NCBI GenBank assembly: GCA_011109175.1 | Contig: RDEW01000005.1 | Location: 1,908,238 to 1,972,237, forward strand | Origin: Dicyema japonicum | Taxonomy: Eukaryota > Animalia > Dicyemida | DNA length: 64,000 nucleotides | Direction of reading: 5' to 3' | In this document: positions 26,478 to 38,200 of the stretch, piece after piece | How positions within the stretch are numbered: the stretch's first letter is position 1 | Layout of the letters: each line of letters begins with the position of its first letter | Notes under the pieces: generated by a model | Database searches by the model: none | Told to the model about the DNA's origin: nothing | The model's input: the letters and a program-made list of their open reading frames with translations, nothing else | Translations under genes and position numbers: made by a program

Positions 26478-27307
26478 TATAGGGTTTTCCTATCAATAAC
26501 GACAATAATCAATCAACAACGGAACTTTGGGAATCAATAATGGCAATAGTCAATCAATAACGACAAAAAATTATTTTTTTTCAACAATACTAGTCAACAC
26601 CTATGGTGGAACAGCATAAAAATTTAAACACAAAAAATTATTCATTCATTGATAATTTCACCATTAACTGCTATCACAATGTATCCTTTCATCCTTCTGA
26701 AGTATCCTCCACAGTCTTCAGGGGGTAATCAATTCGAAAGATGAGATGTTTTAGTTGTAAATCATCAATAGCAGCCCCCTCTTCACAGAATTCTTCTATT
26801 TTGAGAACACATTCTCAATTGGAATAAAGAATGGTGAGTATGGAAGAAGATATAGTATCTTGAGGTTGTGGGATTGGATTACTTCAGATATGAAGAAACA
26901 ATTGTACATACAGTTGTACGAGGAAGACCCATAACTCGGGAGATCTCAGTATTTCTAAGATTATTTTTTTTCAACGCAATATGATGTTGGAAAACATAAC
27001 AATATAGACATTTTCTCATAATTTCAGGAATCGTAATTTTATAACATTAGACGCTCAAAGTGAGAAATTGGTTCGATTTTGAATTGAATTTTGAGTTTTT
27101 TCGTCACTTTTTTAATTCAATCAGTTCTTGTATTTCCTCTTCCACAAAAACTAAAAAAATCATTTTATTTACTAAATTCGTTTTATACTGCTCCAGTATC
27201 GTGTTAAACAATTATTGATATGAATGGGAAGGTAAAATGTATAAATTAAAATTATTTTATTGTCGTTAATGATTGACTATTGTCGTTATCGATAGGAAAA
27301 CCCTATA
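26478..27307 (-). mobile_element. Non-autonomous Tc1/IS630-family element with TIRs
   Basis: Left end tatagggttttcctatcaataacgacaata and right end tattgtcgttatcgataggaaaaccctata, with TA at both ends. Internal 'NTEISRVMGLPRTTVCTIVSSYL' is homologous to 62081-62302. Confidence 0.8.
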
Positions 27308-27519
27308 ATAATAAAGCCTTTTCACGAGAGCCATAGTATTTATAGCTCCGCATAGGCAGGACACACACTTTATTTAAGTAAAGAACAGTTAATTTTTAAC
27401 TAATCGTAGAACCAAGGAATGATCTTTACTTCTTTTTTTTCTCGTGTGTGGGTCCTTTCTAGACAATCCAGTTCCTCAGTGAGTATCCATTGATAACGGC
27501 GTCACTCGTCAAACTTTTC

Positions 27520-27622
27520 TGCATCGTAGATGCGTGGAACCTTCCACCAGGTAAACAGCAGCTAGAATCGAACCCGTAACCTAAACCACTTAGGCCCGAC
27601 ACCTAACCACTATGCCACCAGG
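27520..27622 (-). mobile_element. tRNA-derived SINE-like element
   Basis: The minus strand has an A box (TGGCATAGTGG) and a B box (GGTTCGATTC) but no acceptor stem. The downstream motif gcatcgtagatgcgtggaa recurs at about 54290-54325 in the opposite orientation. Confidence 0.5.
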
Positions 27623-27989
27623 AAAACTCTATATATCATAATTAAAAATCCGCAAAAATCACCCTTTGTTGAGAAACACTGGATTGAATGAAGACTCAAT
27701 TAGGCATTTATAAACAAAGTTTATAATTATATTGCGCGCATTTGGGACTGTGGAATTAGTTTTGAGATTGCATCCGTAGGATTTTGCGATTCTATGGTTT
27801 CTGGGAAAATGATCATTTCCAAAACAGATATTAATTAAATTACTCCTTATCTATTAACATGCCCTCGTTTTTAATAGCAAAGATTTCAGTCAATTCCTTT
27901 GACGAATTACATGTGGTGATCATCAGGAAGAACTCGATGAGGATTCTTCTTTGATTGGAGAATTTTGTGGTTGAGATTCTGAAAATGAA

Positions 27990-29100
27990 CATCGGGAAGA
28001 ACTCGGTGAGGATTCTGCGACCGTTATGGAGATTTTCATTTTGTAAGAATTCGTAAAGATCATTTTCATTTTCCGCCAAAAGCCAAATCTACTTTAAAAT
28101 TACGTCAAAACAGGGTCGATTCCATAGATATAAGATCTTCCACGATAATCACGTTTTAAATTAAGGAATGTAAATTCAGAAAAATTTTTTTAATTTGTGG
28201 GAGAGATCATTAAAAATTAACATAATTATAAACTGATGATCTCTTCCTGACCAACTGGATTCGAAAAAAATGACCGACTTTGAAAAGATATCGTTGTAGA
28301 CATATCCCGAGTAAACTGAAAATATCCCCGTCAGAAGGATTATATAACGACCACTGAAAATAATGGAAAAGATCTAGGATTCTGCAAACCACAAACGTCG
28401 TCTTTATTCTTTATTTTTAAAATGGTTTTCTCATAGAGAATCATCACGGAAGAAACAATAAGTAAAATCAACCCGTGGTCAGCGTTCCCAAACATGAGGG
28501 AGAAGAGAAAGGGGAAGGTGATTATAGTAAAAAGTAACTACTGTAAGTCAAGGTGAGATACTTGGATTGATTTCCATATAGTCTGGGACTCCATAGGCGT
28601 CTATCAAGCTTTGAAAAGCGACTGTGAATTTATTTGATTTATTGCACGTGGGAATGTGACAAAGAAGTGGAATGTCTCTCGAGAAAGGACGGTGTTCTCC
28701 AACCACCAAAATATCTTAGATTTGTGATTAAAACTCACATTTGAATCTTCAAGGATCATTTTGACGTTACGTAAATCTTCGGGGGACACCAGCATTCTCC
28801 AATAAACAACATCTTTGAGGAGTCTGTATTAAACATATTGAGCGTAAAATAGACTGATTTTAATTTTGTAAGCCATGCTTTATTTCAAAAGAAATCGATT
28901 TTTAGGAATGATTTTGACGTTCAGTTTATTCAATCATCTCGAAGTGAGGACATTAAAAATATGTTATCATTGATTTGGTGGGACAACTTGAGGTTTCTCG
29001 GCAGTCGAAGATCTCCTTACATAATCTATACGCTTCGCAGATTTGAGTGATGTTCTAACAAAGGTGATCTCCCCACAAGATTAAAGAAATATATTTTTAC
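27990..29100 (-). pseudogene. ATP6V0A: V-ATPase V0 subunit a, truncated unprocessed pseudogene
   Basis: 'VYFTLNMFN...IGECWCP', '[19 protein letters not shown]', 'FTIITFPFLFSLMFG', '[28 protein letters not shown]' and 'YGIDP|IW'. Several in-frame stops and frameshifts; both ends missing; tiny introns retained. Confidence 0.88.
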
Positions 29101-29160
29101 CGGCTTAATACTTTTTCTGAGTAAAATAAATTGCTTTCTAAGCTCAAATTTTTCATAATC

Positions 29161-29260
29161 ACTAGGGCGATTTTTTGACTTTATAAATCCGAAATTTTGA
29201 CCTAAAATTGACTTTATTGACTTGAAAATTTAAAAATTTTGACCATTTTTGACTTTATGA
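29161..29260 (+). repeat. Left part of an AT-rich dispersed repeat (right part at about 32080-32240; contiguous copy at 54547-54875)
   Basis: actagggcgattttttgact...aattgactttattgactt...accatttt matches 54547-54630. Confidence 0.8.
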
Positions 29261-29261
29261 A

Positions 29262-32045
29262 AAAACGTGCTGTATTGTCGTGTTGTGTTGATTTTTGCCT
29301 ATTGAGATTTTCCTTCTATTCTTGACTTTCACCAATTGTTGATTCAGTGGAATGTTACTCGAAAAGTCATCGTCCAATTGCTCTGCCTGCAACATGAGCA
29401 ATTTGAGAAAGTTCGGAATTTCTTGTTCTGCCTGTGGAGGCTTCTTTCACCTCGGATGTTTGAAGCTCTCTCAGACCTCATCCGCGCCTTGGGATATGGC
29501 ACTGCCGCTCGTGCCTTGGAATTGGCTGGGGTTTCCTAATGGTCACGCGAGTGCATACCTCAGAGAAGACCTTTCCAATTGGATCCAGATTCGTTACTCA
29601 AACTTATCAATGAACGCCGTTCATCGAGGAGTATCCCGGTGAAGATCCCAAAAGCAGCACGCCCCCTAGCTGCCAAAGCCTTAACCAAAGCAGGCGACGA
29701 TGCTCTCCTCCGACTCTATAAACGACTGGGTACGTTGGTTTAATTTTGCTCCTTTCGCACTTGGCTCCCCGAGATCGCAATGGGAAACAGTCTCTCTCGA
29801 TTGAATGAAGAACAACATCCGCGCATTTATGGATGGAACTCACTTTACGGACCTCCCGTCCTTTTCATCCGTTCAACTGAGACTCGGAGTTCAACTCGGG
29901 AAACGGATATTTTTCGCTAAAGAAGGACTGTACGACCGAAGTTGCCTGAAGTAGGAACCCGATCTGCATTGAAGACTCTTTCACTCTCAGGCTGACCACG
30001 CAATCCAACCGCTGATACTTACAAGATTCTATTGGAAACATCCACCTCTCCGAATGACCTACGCCACTGTTCGCCCCCATCAAAAGTGACCCATTTGTCC
30101 ACGTCGCCTGAGGATGTCATTACGGGGTTATGGAACTTTTCACCAAGCAGCAGTGGAGGTCTCAATGACTTAAGGCCCGGCCATCTTAAAGACTTTATTT
30201 TACCGACTATTGGAGACCAAGCATCGTCTCTCCTCACTCACTTCTCTTATGAACAGGATATTATCTGGACATTTGCCTGATTTGATACAACATATCTTGT
30301 TTTCGGCTAGTCTGATTGCAGTCGATAAGAAGGTAGGTGATATCCGATGATCGCGGTCGGATTCACTTCAGAGACTAGCAGCCAAGATTGCTTCCAGATT
30401 TTCTACGTCAATTTTGTCAAAATCTTTACTTCCCAGTCAAGTTAAAGTCGGAGTTCGTCTTGGATGTGAGGCTGCCGTTCACTCCGTAAGGACATTCAGG
30501 AACCGCAGCATTCAAGACTTTAAAATGCATTCTGGAGGCCTGCAAAGAAAGATGTCCATACATATTTGAACTGGTCAATTATTCATACGGAAAGCCTACA
30601 TCTCTATTGCACGGGATTTCATGTTCCATCGTCCTCAGGTGTTCAACAGGGCGACCCCCTCGGACCACTGCTGTTCTCCCTCGGAATTGAGAGGATTACG
30701 AAGCTCTCTCCATCTGGTACCCCGATGACGTTGTCTTAGGAGGTCCCCGGAGATGGTCTTCCAGGAGTTGGAAGTACTCATCCCCGCGTTATCCAAGGTG
30801 GGTCTTGAATTGAATACAACGAAATGTGAAATAACAAACTGTGGTCTTGCTGACGATGACTTCTCTTCAATTGTTCAAAATTTTACTCCTTGTTACCTGG
30901 TGGGATTTCGACCCCTGAAAACGAATTGATTTTTCTTGGATCCCCGATCACTAGGAATGCGATGAAGCATGTCTTCCTTGACAAAAAACAACTCCTATGC
31001 GATCGCTGGAAAGATTACAGCTACTTGACTCACAATCAGCACTATTCCTCATGAAAAGAAGTCTTAACATTCAGAGAATCGCATATTTACTCAGGACAGC
31101 CCCGTACTATTCCAACTGAAGCAGCTTGAGCATTTTGATTTATCTTTTCTCAGCTCGACCGAGCACGTATTTAATGTCAAATTCGACAATGCTACATGGA
31201 AGCAAGCTACACTTCCAGTTAGATTTGGAAGTCTTGGAATCCGTCGTACTTTGGACGTCTCACTTTTTGCACATCTGTCTTCACTTACGGCCTGCGAACC
31301 TTTGGTCAGGTGGATTCTACAATTCTCAATTGACCAAGATAATCCACGCACGAGAAGCCTGGAATGCCATCAACTTCCCCTGCCTCCTTCACAAGACTGC
31401 CAGCGAAACCTGGACAATTTATTGTGCTGGAAATCATTTGGACTCTTACTGGAATCGCCAATAAGCAGCGCTTGTTTTGCTTTCGGGGGCTTCCCCTGAG
31501 GGCGGAACTTGGCTAAACGCCATCCCAAACGGAGCTCTGGGCACTTTTCTGGATAATGAATGCGTTAGAAGTGGTATCTCTATGCGGCTGGGACTGAAAA
31601 TATGTGTACCTCACCCGTTCTGATGTGGCATCCTGATAGACTGCTATGGCCTGCACCCTCTCGCCTTCAAGAGGCAGATCTCCAAGGCACAAGGCTATGA
31701 ATGCTGCTGGATACTCGGCCATTTTGAACCGGTGGGTTATGCAGAAGTACGGGAAACGACCGGACGGGATGACTATATTTGCCTTTGAGGCCGGCTGCAG
31801 CCGTCAAGGCGGAGAAGGCCAGAAAAATACGTCGACCTTCCCGATAATGTCAAATTTGTTCCCCTTGCTATGGAGACTTCCGGATCCTACTCCCTCTCTA
31901 CACTCGAGTTTTTCGGACCTCTTGGAAACCGGATCACCTCATGCACTGGAGATTTCCGTAAACACCGCTGGCTGTTTGAGCGAATTTCGCTCGCAATTCT
32001 GAGAGGGAACAGCCACTGAGTGCTAACTAATGTTTTGTCCTTTTT
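29262..32045 (+). mobile_element. CRE-like non-LTR retrotransposon (PHD finger, RT, REL endonuclease), degenerate
   Basis: 'CSAC...CSACGGFFHLGC' (PHD), 'VGVRLGCEAAVHS', 'GVQQGDPLGPLLFSL', 'GKRPDGMTIF' and 'LRGNSH*'; many frameshifts. Confidence 0.85.
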
Positions 32046-32689
32046 TTGCTTATAAATAAATTTTAAATTGAAAAAAATATAGAATAATGTAATTTAAAAA
32101 CGTTTTCAGGTTAAAAATTTTGATATTTAGATAATAATTTTACGATAATAAAAATCTTTAATGAATAATAATGTGGAATGAGATTTTTCAAATATACATG
32201 GAGAAATATGTTGTTTTCCATTTTTGTAATAGAAAAAAAACTTATTAAAGAAAATCTAAATTCCAGATACTTATTAATTCCGCATAAATTGTTACTGAAA
32301 TAAAATTGTTGAATATGCTAGCTGCGTAAGTTTTTCCACGGTGAAGTAAGTTTTTCCTGTCGTCTCTATCAATTTATAAACCAATATTGAGATAATATAG
32401 TGGATAAATTGCTCAGTAGTTCATTTTAATAGATTACTTCTAAGCATCTTTCTATTAAAATTCCATTTCCATCAAAATTATAGTTATTTTACACTTCAAT
32501 AAAATTTTCAACAATTTCAAGACAATTCCCCTTCTGACTAAAGTTATTTTGGGTAGATTGCCAATAAAAAAAAAAATTTCTATTTTTATGCAAAAAAATT
32601 ATTCGTGTATTCACATATACTGGACCATCGCAAATTAGCCACAATTTTTAGTTTAATTTTTAATACTCAAAAAATCCGTATGGCTGCAT

Positions 32690-33145
32690 CGTTTACTGTT
32701 GTGGACACCATGCTTTCTCTTGTAGAAGAAGTGCAGGACGATTCCCAAGACGATCAACGGAATTGTCGAGCGAGCCCTGGAGTTTGCGGAATACCCAACC
32801 ATACTTGAACTTGTTGGCTAGGACAGAGGAGACGGAAAATGGCCTGACGGAATCACAATTTTCCCATTCGAGGAGTGGAAACATTTGGTCTAGGATGCTA
32901 CTTGTGTCGACCCCCTTTGCCCATCCAACATTGTCGGAAGCGCGGTAGACACACTGCATGCCGCGGAAAAAAACGACGAGGGCAAAAGAAAAGAAATACG
33001 AAGCGCTACGCGACCTATTCGTGTTCTATCCCATTGTGGTCGAGACAACTGGAAGATTAAGTGGGAAATCTCTTCTTTTCATAAAAAAGCTTGTATCCAG
33101 TTTCCACTTCTACAGAAACAGAGTCCATCCGGAATCAGCATAAAA
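32690..33145 (+). mobile_element. CRE-like 3' fragment
   Basis: 'KEKKYEALRDLFVFYPIVVETTG' is the REL C-terminal motif. Confidence 0.7.
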
Positions 33146-33689
33146 GGTAAGACGTCCATTACATGCAGTTGTGAAAACCCCTCAAGTGGAGTGGGGAAGA
33201 GCAAATGATCCTTTTTCATGCCGCCCTGGCACTGGGCGTCACCTAGACAGGTGGATCACATGACGCCACTCTAATAGGACGAGAGAGGAGGAACAGACAA
33301 GCAAACAGAAACTTCAATCAATTAACCACGCAGGACCACATGGCGCCACGCGGATAATTTTTCACCTTTTTAATGCGAGATTTGATTAAATAATTAAAAT
33401 GACTAAAAATAGACGAGATTCTTATTTTAAAGTTATTTTTATTCTTTATGGCAATATTATTAAATAGAATTGAAGTAAAGAATCTGCTAAGCATAATATT
33501 TTAGTTGAGATGCTCAATGAACCTCAACTAAATATGAATCACATCGTCTAAGAAGCATATCAAATTAGCAAGAAGGTTTTTCATTTTATTACTATTTTAC
33601 AGCTGTACTATAATACCCATTGATTTTCTCGTTCCTTCTCCCGACACAATCCTAGTCTGTCGTATCGGGTGAATTATCCAAAGGGTCAT

Positions 33690-34330
33690 TATGGTCGATT
33701 ATACCTCAAAGAAGGAAAATTTGAAAAACACAGATTAGTTGTTTGCATGGATAACGAGTCTGAAATGCGAACTATTGCGGAGTCTATCCATAGAAATAGT
33801 CATTCGGAAATTGCAGCAAGAATGTTTGCACTCTGACTATGTCATAAGAAATAACTAAACATAGATAGAACAACTTTTGAGAATCTCGCTTGAAACGGCC
33901 TTCGGCTGCTGTTCTTCAGATTGACACAACGTTCATCAATCGAAATATGATTTTTCTATTGGAAATGATGTATTTTTAGTGAATAAATTAAGATCGAGTT
34001 TTAAAGGATTATGGCTAAAGTTGAGCAAATTTGAATCTCCATATGAAGAACCAAGTAAAATTACTCAAATTTTGTCAAACAACCGAATAGAGGTTTATTT
34101 TATTACGAATTAAGGCAGGATCAGGAGAATTGAAAATAGTCAACATGAGTCAAGAAAGTATAGACTTAAACAATAAATTTTGAATCTCCATATGAAGAAC
34201 CAAGTAAAATTACTCAAATTTTGTCAAACAACCGAATAGAGGTTTATTTTATTACGAATTAAGCCAGGATCAGGAGAATTGAAAATAGTCAACATGAGTC
34301 AAGAAAGTATAGACTTTAAAAACAATAAAT
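33690..34330 (+). mobile_element. Retroviral-type integrase remnant
   Basis: 'IAESIHRNSH' (H2C2-like) and 'FSIGNDVFL...SKFESPYEEPSKITQILSNNRIEV' (integrase C-terminal-like); stops present. Confidence 0.45.
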
Positions 34331-34510
34331 TTTTTGATTTTTGATTAGAAACCGATTAATGTTGATTTAATGACAGGTGACATGTCGTAAATTCTTTGAT
34401 TAGAAACGATAGGTGGCATACACTCAATCCCATAAATGATGACCCAATTCCCATAAATGATGTCCAAGTTATATATATTATACTAATAAATAATTTAGGA
34501 AAAAAGTATT

Positions 34511-34820
34511 TTATTCAATTAATCTGTTATTAATTCCATTTACCCTTTTCCAAAAACTGTTGTAATATGAGGACAAATTTTCGGATTCGAGACCACTCAT
34601 TACAAATCCGATATTTGTTAGCAATTCTCCTCTTACAGTTGCTCTTGGTCTAATTACATTTAGGCGAGATTTCACACAAGAAAAAAAGTTTTCAATTGGG
34701 TTTAGGTCAGGTGAATAAGGGGGTAAATAAACATTTGTAACACTTTTCCTAATAAAGAAGTCTTTAATTTCATCACAATGATGAAATCTATCATTATCCA
34801 TCACAACAACAGGAGAATTT
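34511..34820 (-). mobile_element. IS630/Tc1 DDE transposase C-terminal fragment
   Basis: 'VVVMDNDRFH...YLPPYSPDLNPIENFFS'. Confidence 0.9.
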
Positions 34821-35222
34821 NTTCTTTGATTAGAAACCAATTAATGTTGATTTAATGACAGGTGACATGTCGTAAATTCTTTGATTAGAAACGATAGGTG
34901 ACATAATACTATTGAAGTAGAGCTTAAAAGGTTCGTATTCGTAAAGATTATGGAGCGAATCCTTTTCTGCATCAATCCTAGTCTGTCGTATCGAGTGAAT
35001 GATCCAAAGGGTCACCAATGATCTACGTGAGACTAGATAGCTTCAAGAACATACCTCGCAAGCTATTGTCAGAGGAAACAGCCTGGCCATTCAAGCGCTT
35101 AATAACACTTATGCCATTCTAATTTTCAATAAATATTTCAAAATAATCAACCCCACAAAAACAGGGCAAATAAAATTAATAAAAATTAAAAATAAATAAT
35201 GACTACCAGTAATTTTAATAAT

Positions 35223-38200
35223 CTAAGAAGCTTTTAAAAGATTGGTGAATAACTCAAAAAATGCCTATTGAATATAAATTAATAAAAACCAGATCATCAT
35301 CCACTTGAAGGCAGTAGTACTTCATTTTGCAGACATCCGTAGCCTGTGGTAAATAAGGAAAATACATAGAAAACGATTCCCTTGGTATTCAAAGTCGGAC
35401 TCGCGGTAATTTTTTCAAAAGGGACATCCCAATAAACCTTAACCCCGTTAAAGGAATTCAGTTTCAACACAAATATACGGCTAAACAGTAAAGATTCAAA
35501 CAAACCTTTTAGTTAAGAAGCAAATCGCTCCTTTTGGAGTACGACATCTTCCAAAATAAACCAGTTCATTACTAGTGGAATAAGTCTATTTGTAAAATAG
35601 CATAAAAACGTTGAATAAATAATTCATTTCAGCATCTGAATGAGAATAGATAAGGATCTGTCCTGAAGAGTTGATGACACGACTGGGACGAACGGGGAAG
35701 ATTGTGGCGTAGGGATAAAGAAGCAGTTTAAACATTTCAAGGATACTTGCAAGTAAGTCAATAGTCCCAACTACTGGACGAACGACAATACCAAATAATC
35801 CAGCCAATATACCTAAGCTAAAGACCGAAAATACCCTTGAAGACTCCTTTGCAATTCTCAAGTCGTCCATATTCAACAGGTTTAATAAAAATACCAAAAA
35901 AACAAGCCAAAAGTCCACCCAAGAATTCCTTTATACCAAAACTAAGCACAGCAAGAGGAGTGGTTGCTCTTTTTCGGTTAATGATTCTTTTCTGGACGTA
36001 ATTATCATCAAATGAAAATGAAGAGAGGAACCTTCCAGAAGAACCAAATATCAACGAAAATGAACCAGCAGTACCCCCTTTAGTAATCACAACATGACAA
36101 ACCGACTAAACTCCCAATGAACTTTTGTACGCCAAACACTAGTCCATGAGCAAAATCCTCAGGACCCTTTACAGCACCTTGAATTGGCTCATAGAATAAG
36201 CTGCTAATTCCACTGGAAACAGTGTGGATAAGTCCATAAGGGTTGCCAAGGACGTCAGCTCCAAGCAAAACAGCGTAGAACTGTCTAACCAACTACAAAT
36301 ATGAAGATAATAGTACATGCACAATAAAGTGGTTGGTTAATTCTCCAAATAGAGCAGAAAATGAAAATACTCTAGATTTCTTTTCGAAATACCCAATGGT
36401 GATGGGAATAGACGTAACCCCAATCAGGGAACTAACGAGCGCTTTAATGACAGAGAATAAGTAATTGAATCCGACTGGGAATTTCTGAACATCAACAACA
36501 CTCAGCGATAGTGAAAATTTAAGTGGTGAAATGTGAATAATATCAAAATAGTAAAGAGTGGCATTGCTTGGGTTTTTGATGATCGCAAAATAAAACAAAG
36601 ATTTCTTGTAGTACTCAATCGTCTCCAGACTCAACTCCCCACTGTATTTCTTCTGATCAATAGGGGAATTAAAGAGTTCCATTATGAACTTTAAATCTAT
36701 GTTGATTAAAAGTTCCTGGACTAACAAACTAGCATATCTGGGCAGTTAAGACTCTAAGATTACCTGACTTGTAGAACTGACTGCATGTCATTATTCGTAC
36801 AAATGAGTACACTTGCCTCAAGAAATGGCTTATAAACACCAGAACTCTTTACTGGAGCCAGAATCACGTTATATTTTGATTTTGGCTGCTGACAGTCCAA
36901 TTGGAGATGGTTGACTTTGATATGTACCCATTGCGCGTTCTCTGACTTTCCATATTTAAACCAAACTCCAAGTCCAGACTTTCTGGTAACATGCTGAGTA
37001 GTTCCTTTCGAATTCCAAACATATGTCTGTGTGCAAATGTCCCTTTTAACAATCTGAAGTAAGCCTTCCTTACGTTTCATCTCCAAATCAGAAGATGTGG
37101 CTGAATTTAATGATTTACCGGTTATGACTAATACCCACATAGATTTAGCGGGGTTTATCGATGCATATAATAATTCTGTCTTTGAGTTATTATCAACATA
37201 TGAGACTCCCAATTCTGAAATTGCCAATTCTAACTTTAGGTCAGGCCTTCCCACTTCACCGCTCTAAAACAATCATAAATATAAAAACATGGAATAGATA
37301 TTTGGCCAACTCTACATCATGAGTGAACAAAAATATTCGTAAAATACCGTTCAGAAACGAAACAAAATATATTTGAAATCCATTAATGTTAATCTCTTTA
37401 AATTTGTCCTAAAGTAAAGACAATTAGTGACCTCTGTAGCAGATACTGGGAAGGAATGTCCATCAGAGACATTAAAAATGACACTAAACTTCCCACTGGG
37501 ATCAGGCCAAATTGTGTATAAGTATGTTCGAGGGTTTACATGCATTTTTGAATGATTAACACCTTCTTGAGTAAATGAGACAGTCTGTGTATTGCTGGTA
37601 TTAATAACACAGAAGGCAGCTCTTTCTAGAGTTGAGTCGTACACATAGATTGTCAGTGATGACTCTGATAAAGCACAGTCCACAAATATTATTGGTCCCT
37701 TAATAAAATCAAAAAAACGACATTCGATCCCAACTGAACAGAGAAAGATCTCGCCTCTGTAATCAGACACTTTTTGGTGGACATTCCCAGGTCAGTTTGA
37801 AGTCCAAACCGAACATAAACAGGTTTTGAAGGATTCATGGGCCAAATCGGAATACATTGGTCTCACATTAATCAAGTTCACTACCGGTATTAACAGGATA
37901 CGGGGGATCAAATTTATTATCAGTAAAGATGTAAAGTGATACGGAGGACCGATTGCAGACAAGGTAATAGGGAGTTATCACTATTATTTTTGTGAAGGAT
38001 AAGTCGGTCAAATGATTATTTATCATAATCTACAAATATTAATACACTCAAAAACAGGATACTGATGTGAAGAGGATTTTATAACTTTAGCGACAGCGCT
38101 AGAGGGAATTGAGAGCGCATATTTATCAGACCATTTACCACCATCACACCTAATTTTCATCTGAAATATAAAATTAGTAAAACTTTGTGTTTATCCCCAT

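Noticed and set aside
27545-27622. Functional tRNA gene
   Set aside because: A and B boxes are present but there is no acceptor-stem pairing and no clear anticodon arm.
34032-34325. Other near-exact two-copy duplications (here 149 nt; also about 47200-47435, 55577-55748, 57397-57630 and 61683-61870)
   Set aside because: Same signature of two copies with 0-2 differences, so most likely gap-filling artefacts. They are not CRISPR-like because there are no unique spacers.
34345-34900. About 70-nt direct repeats flanking the IS630 DDE fragment, resembling LTRs or a composite element
   Set aside because: The second copy starts at the N at 34821; probably a scaffolding artefact.
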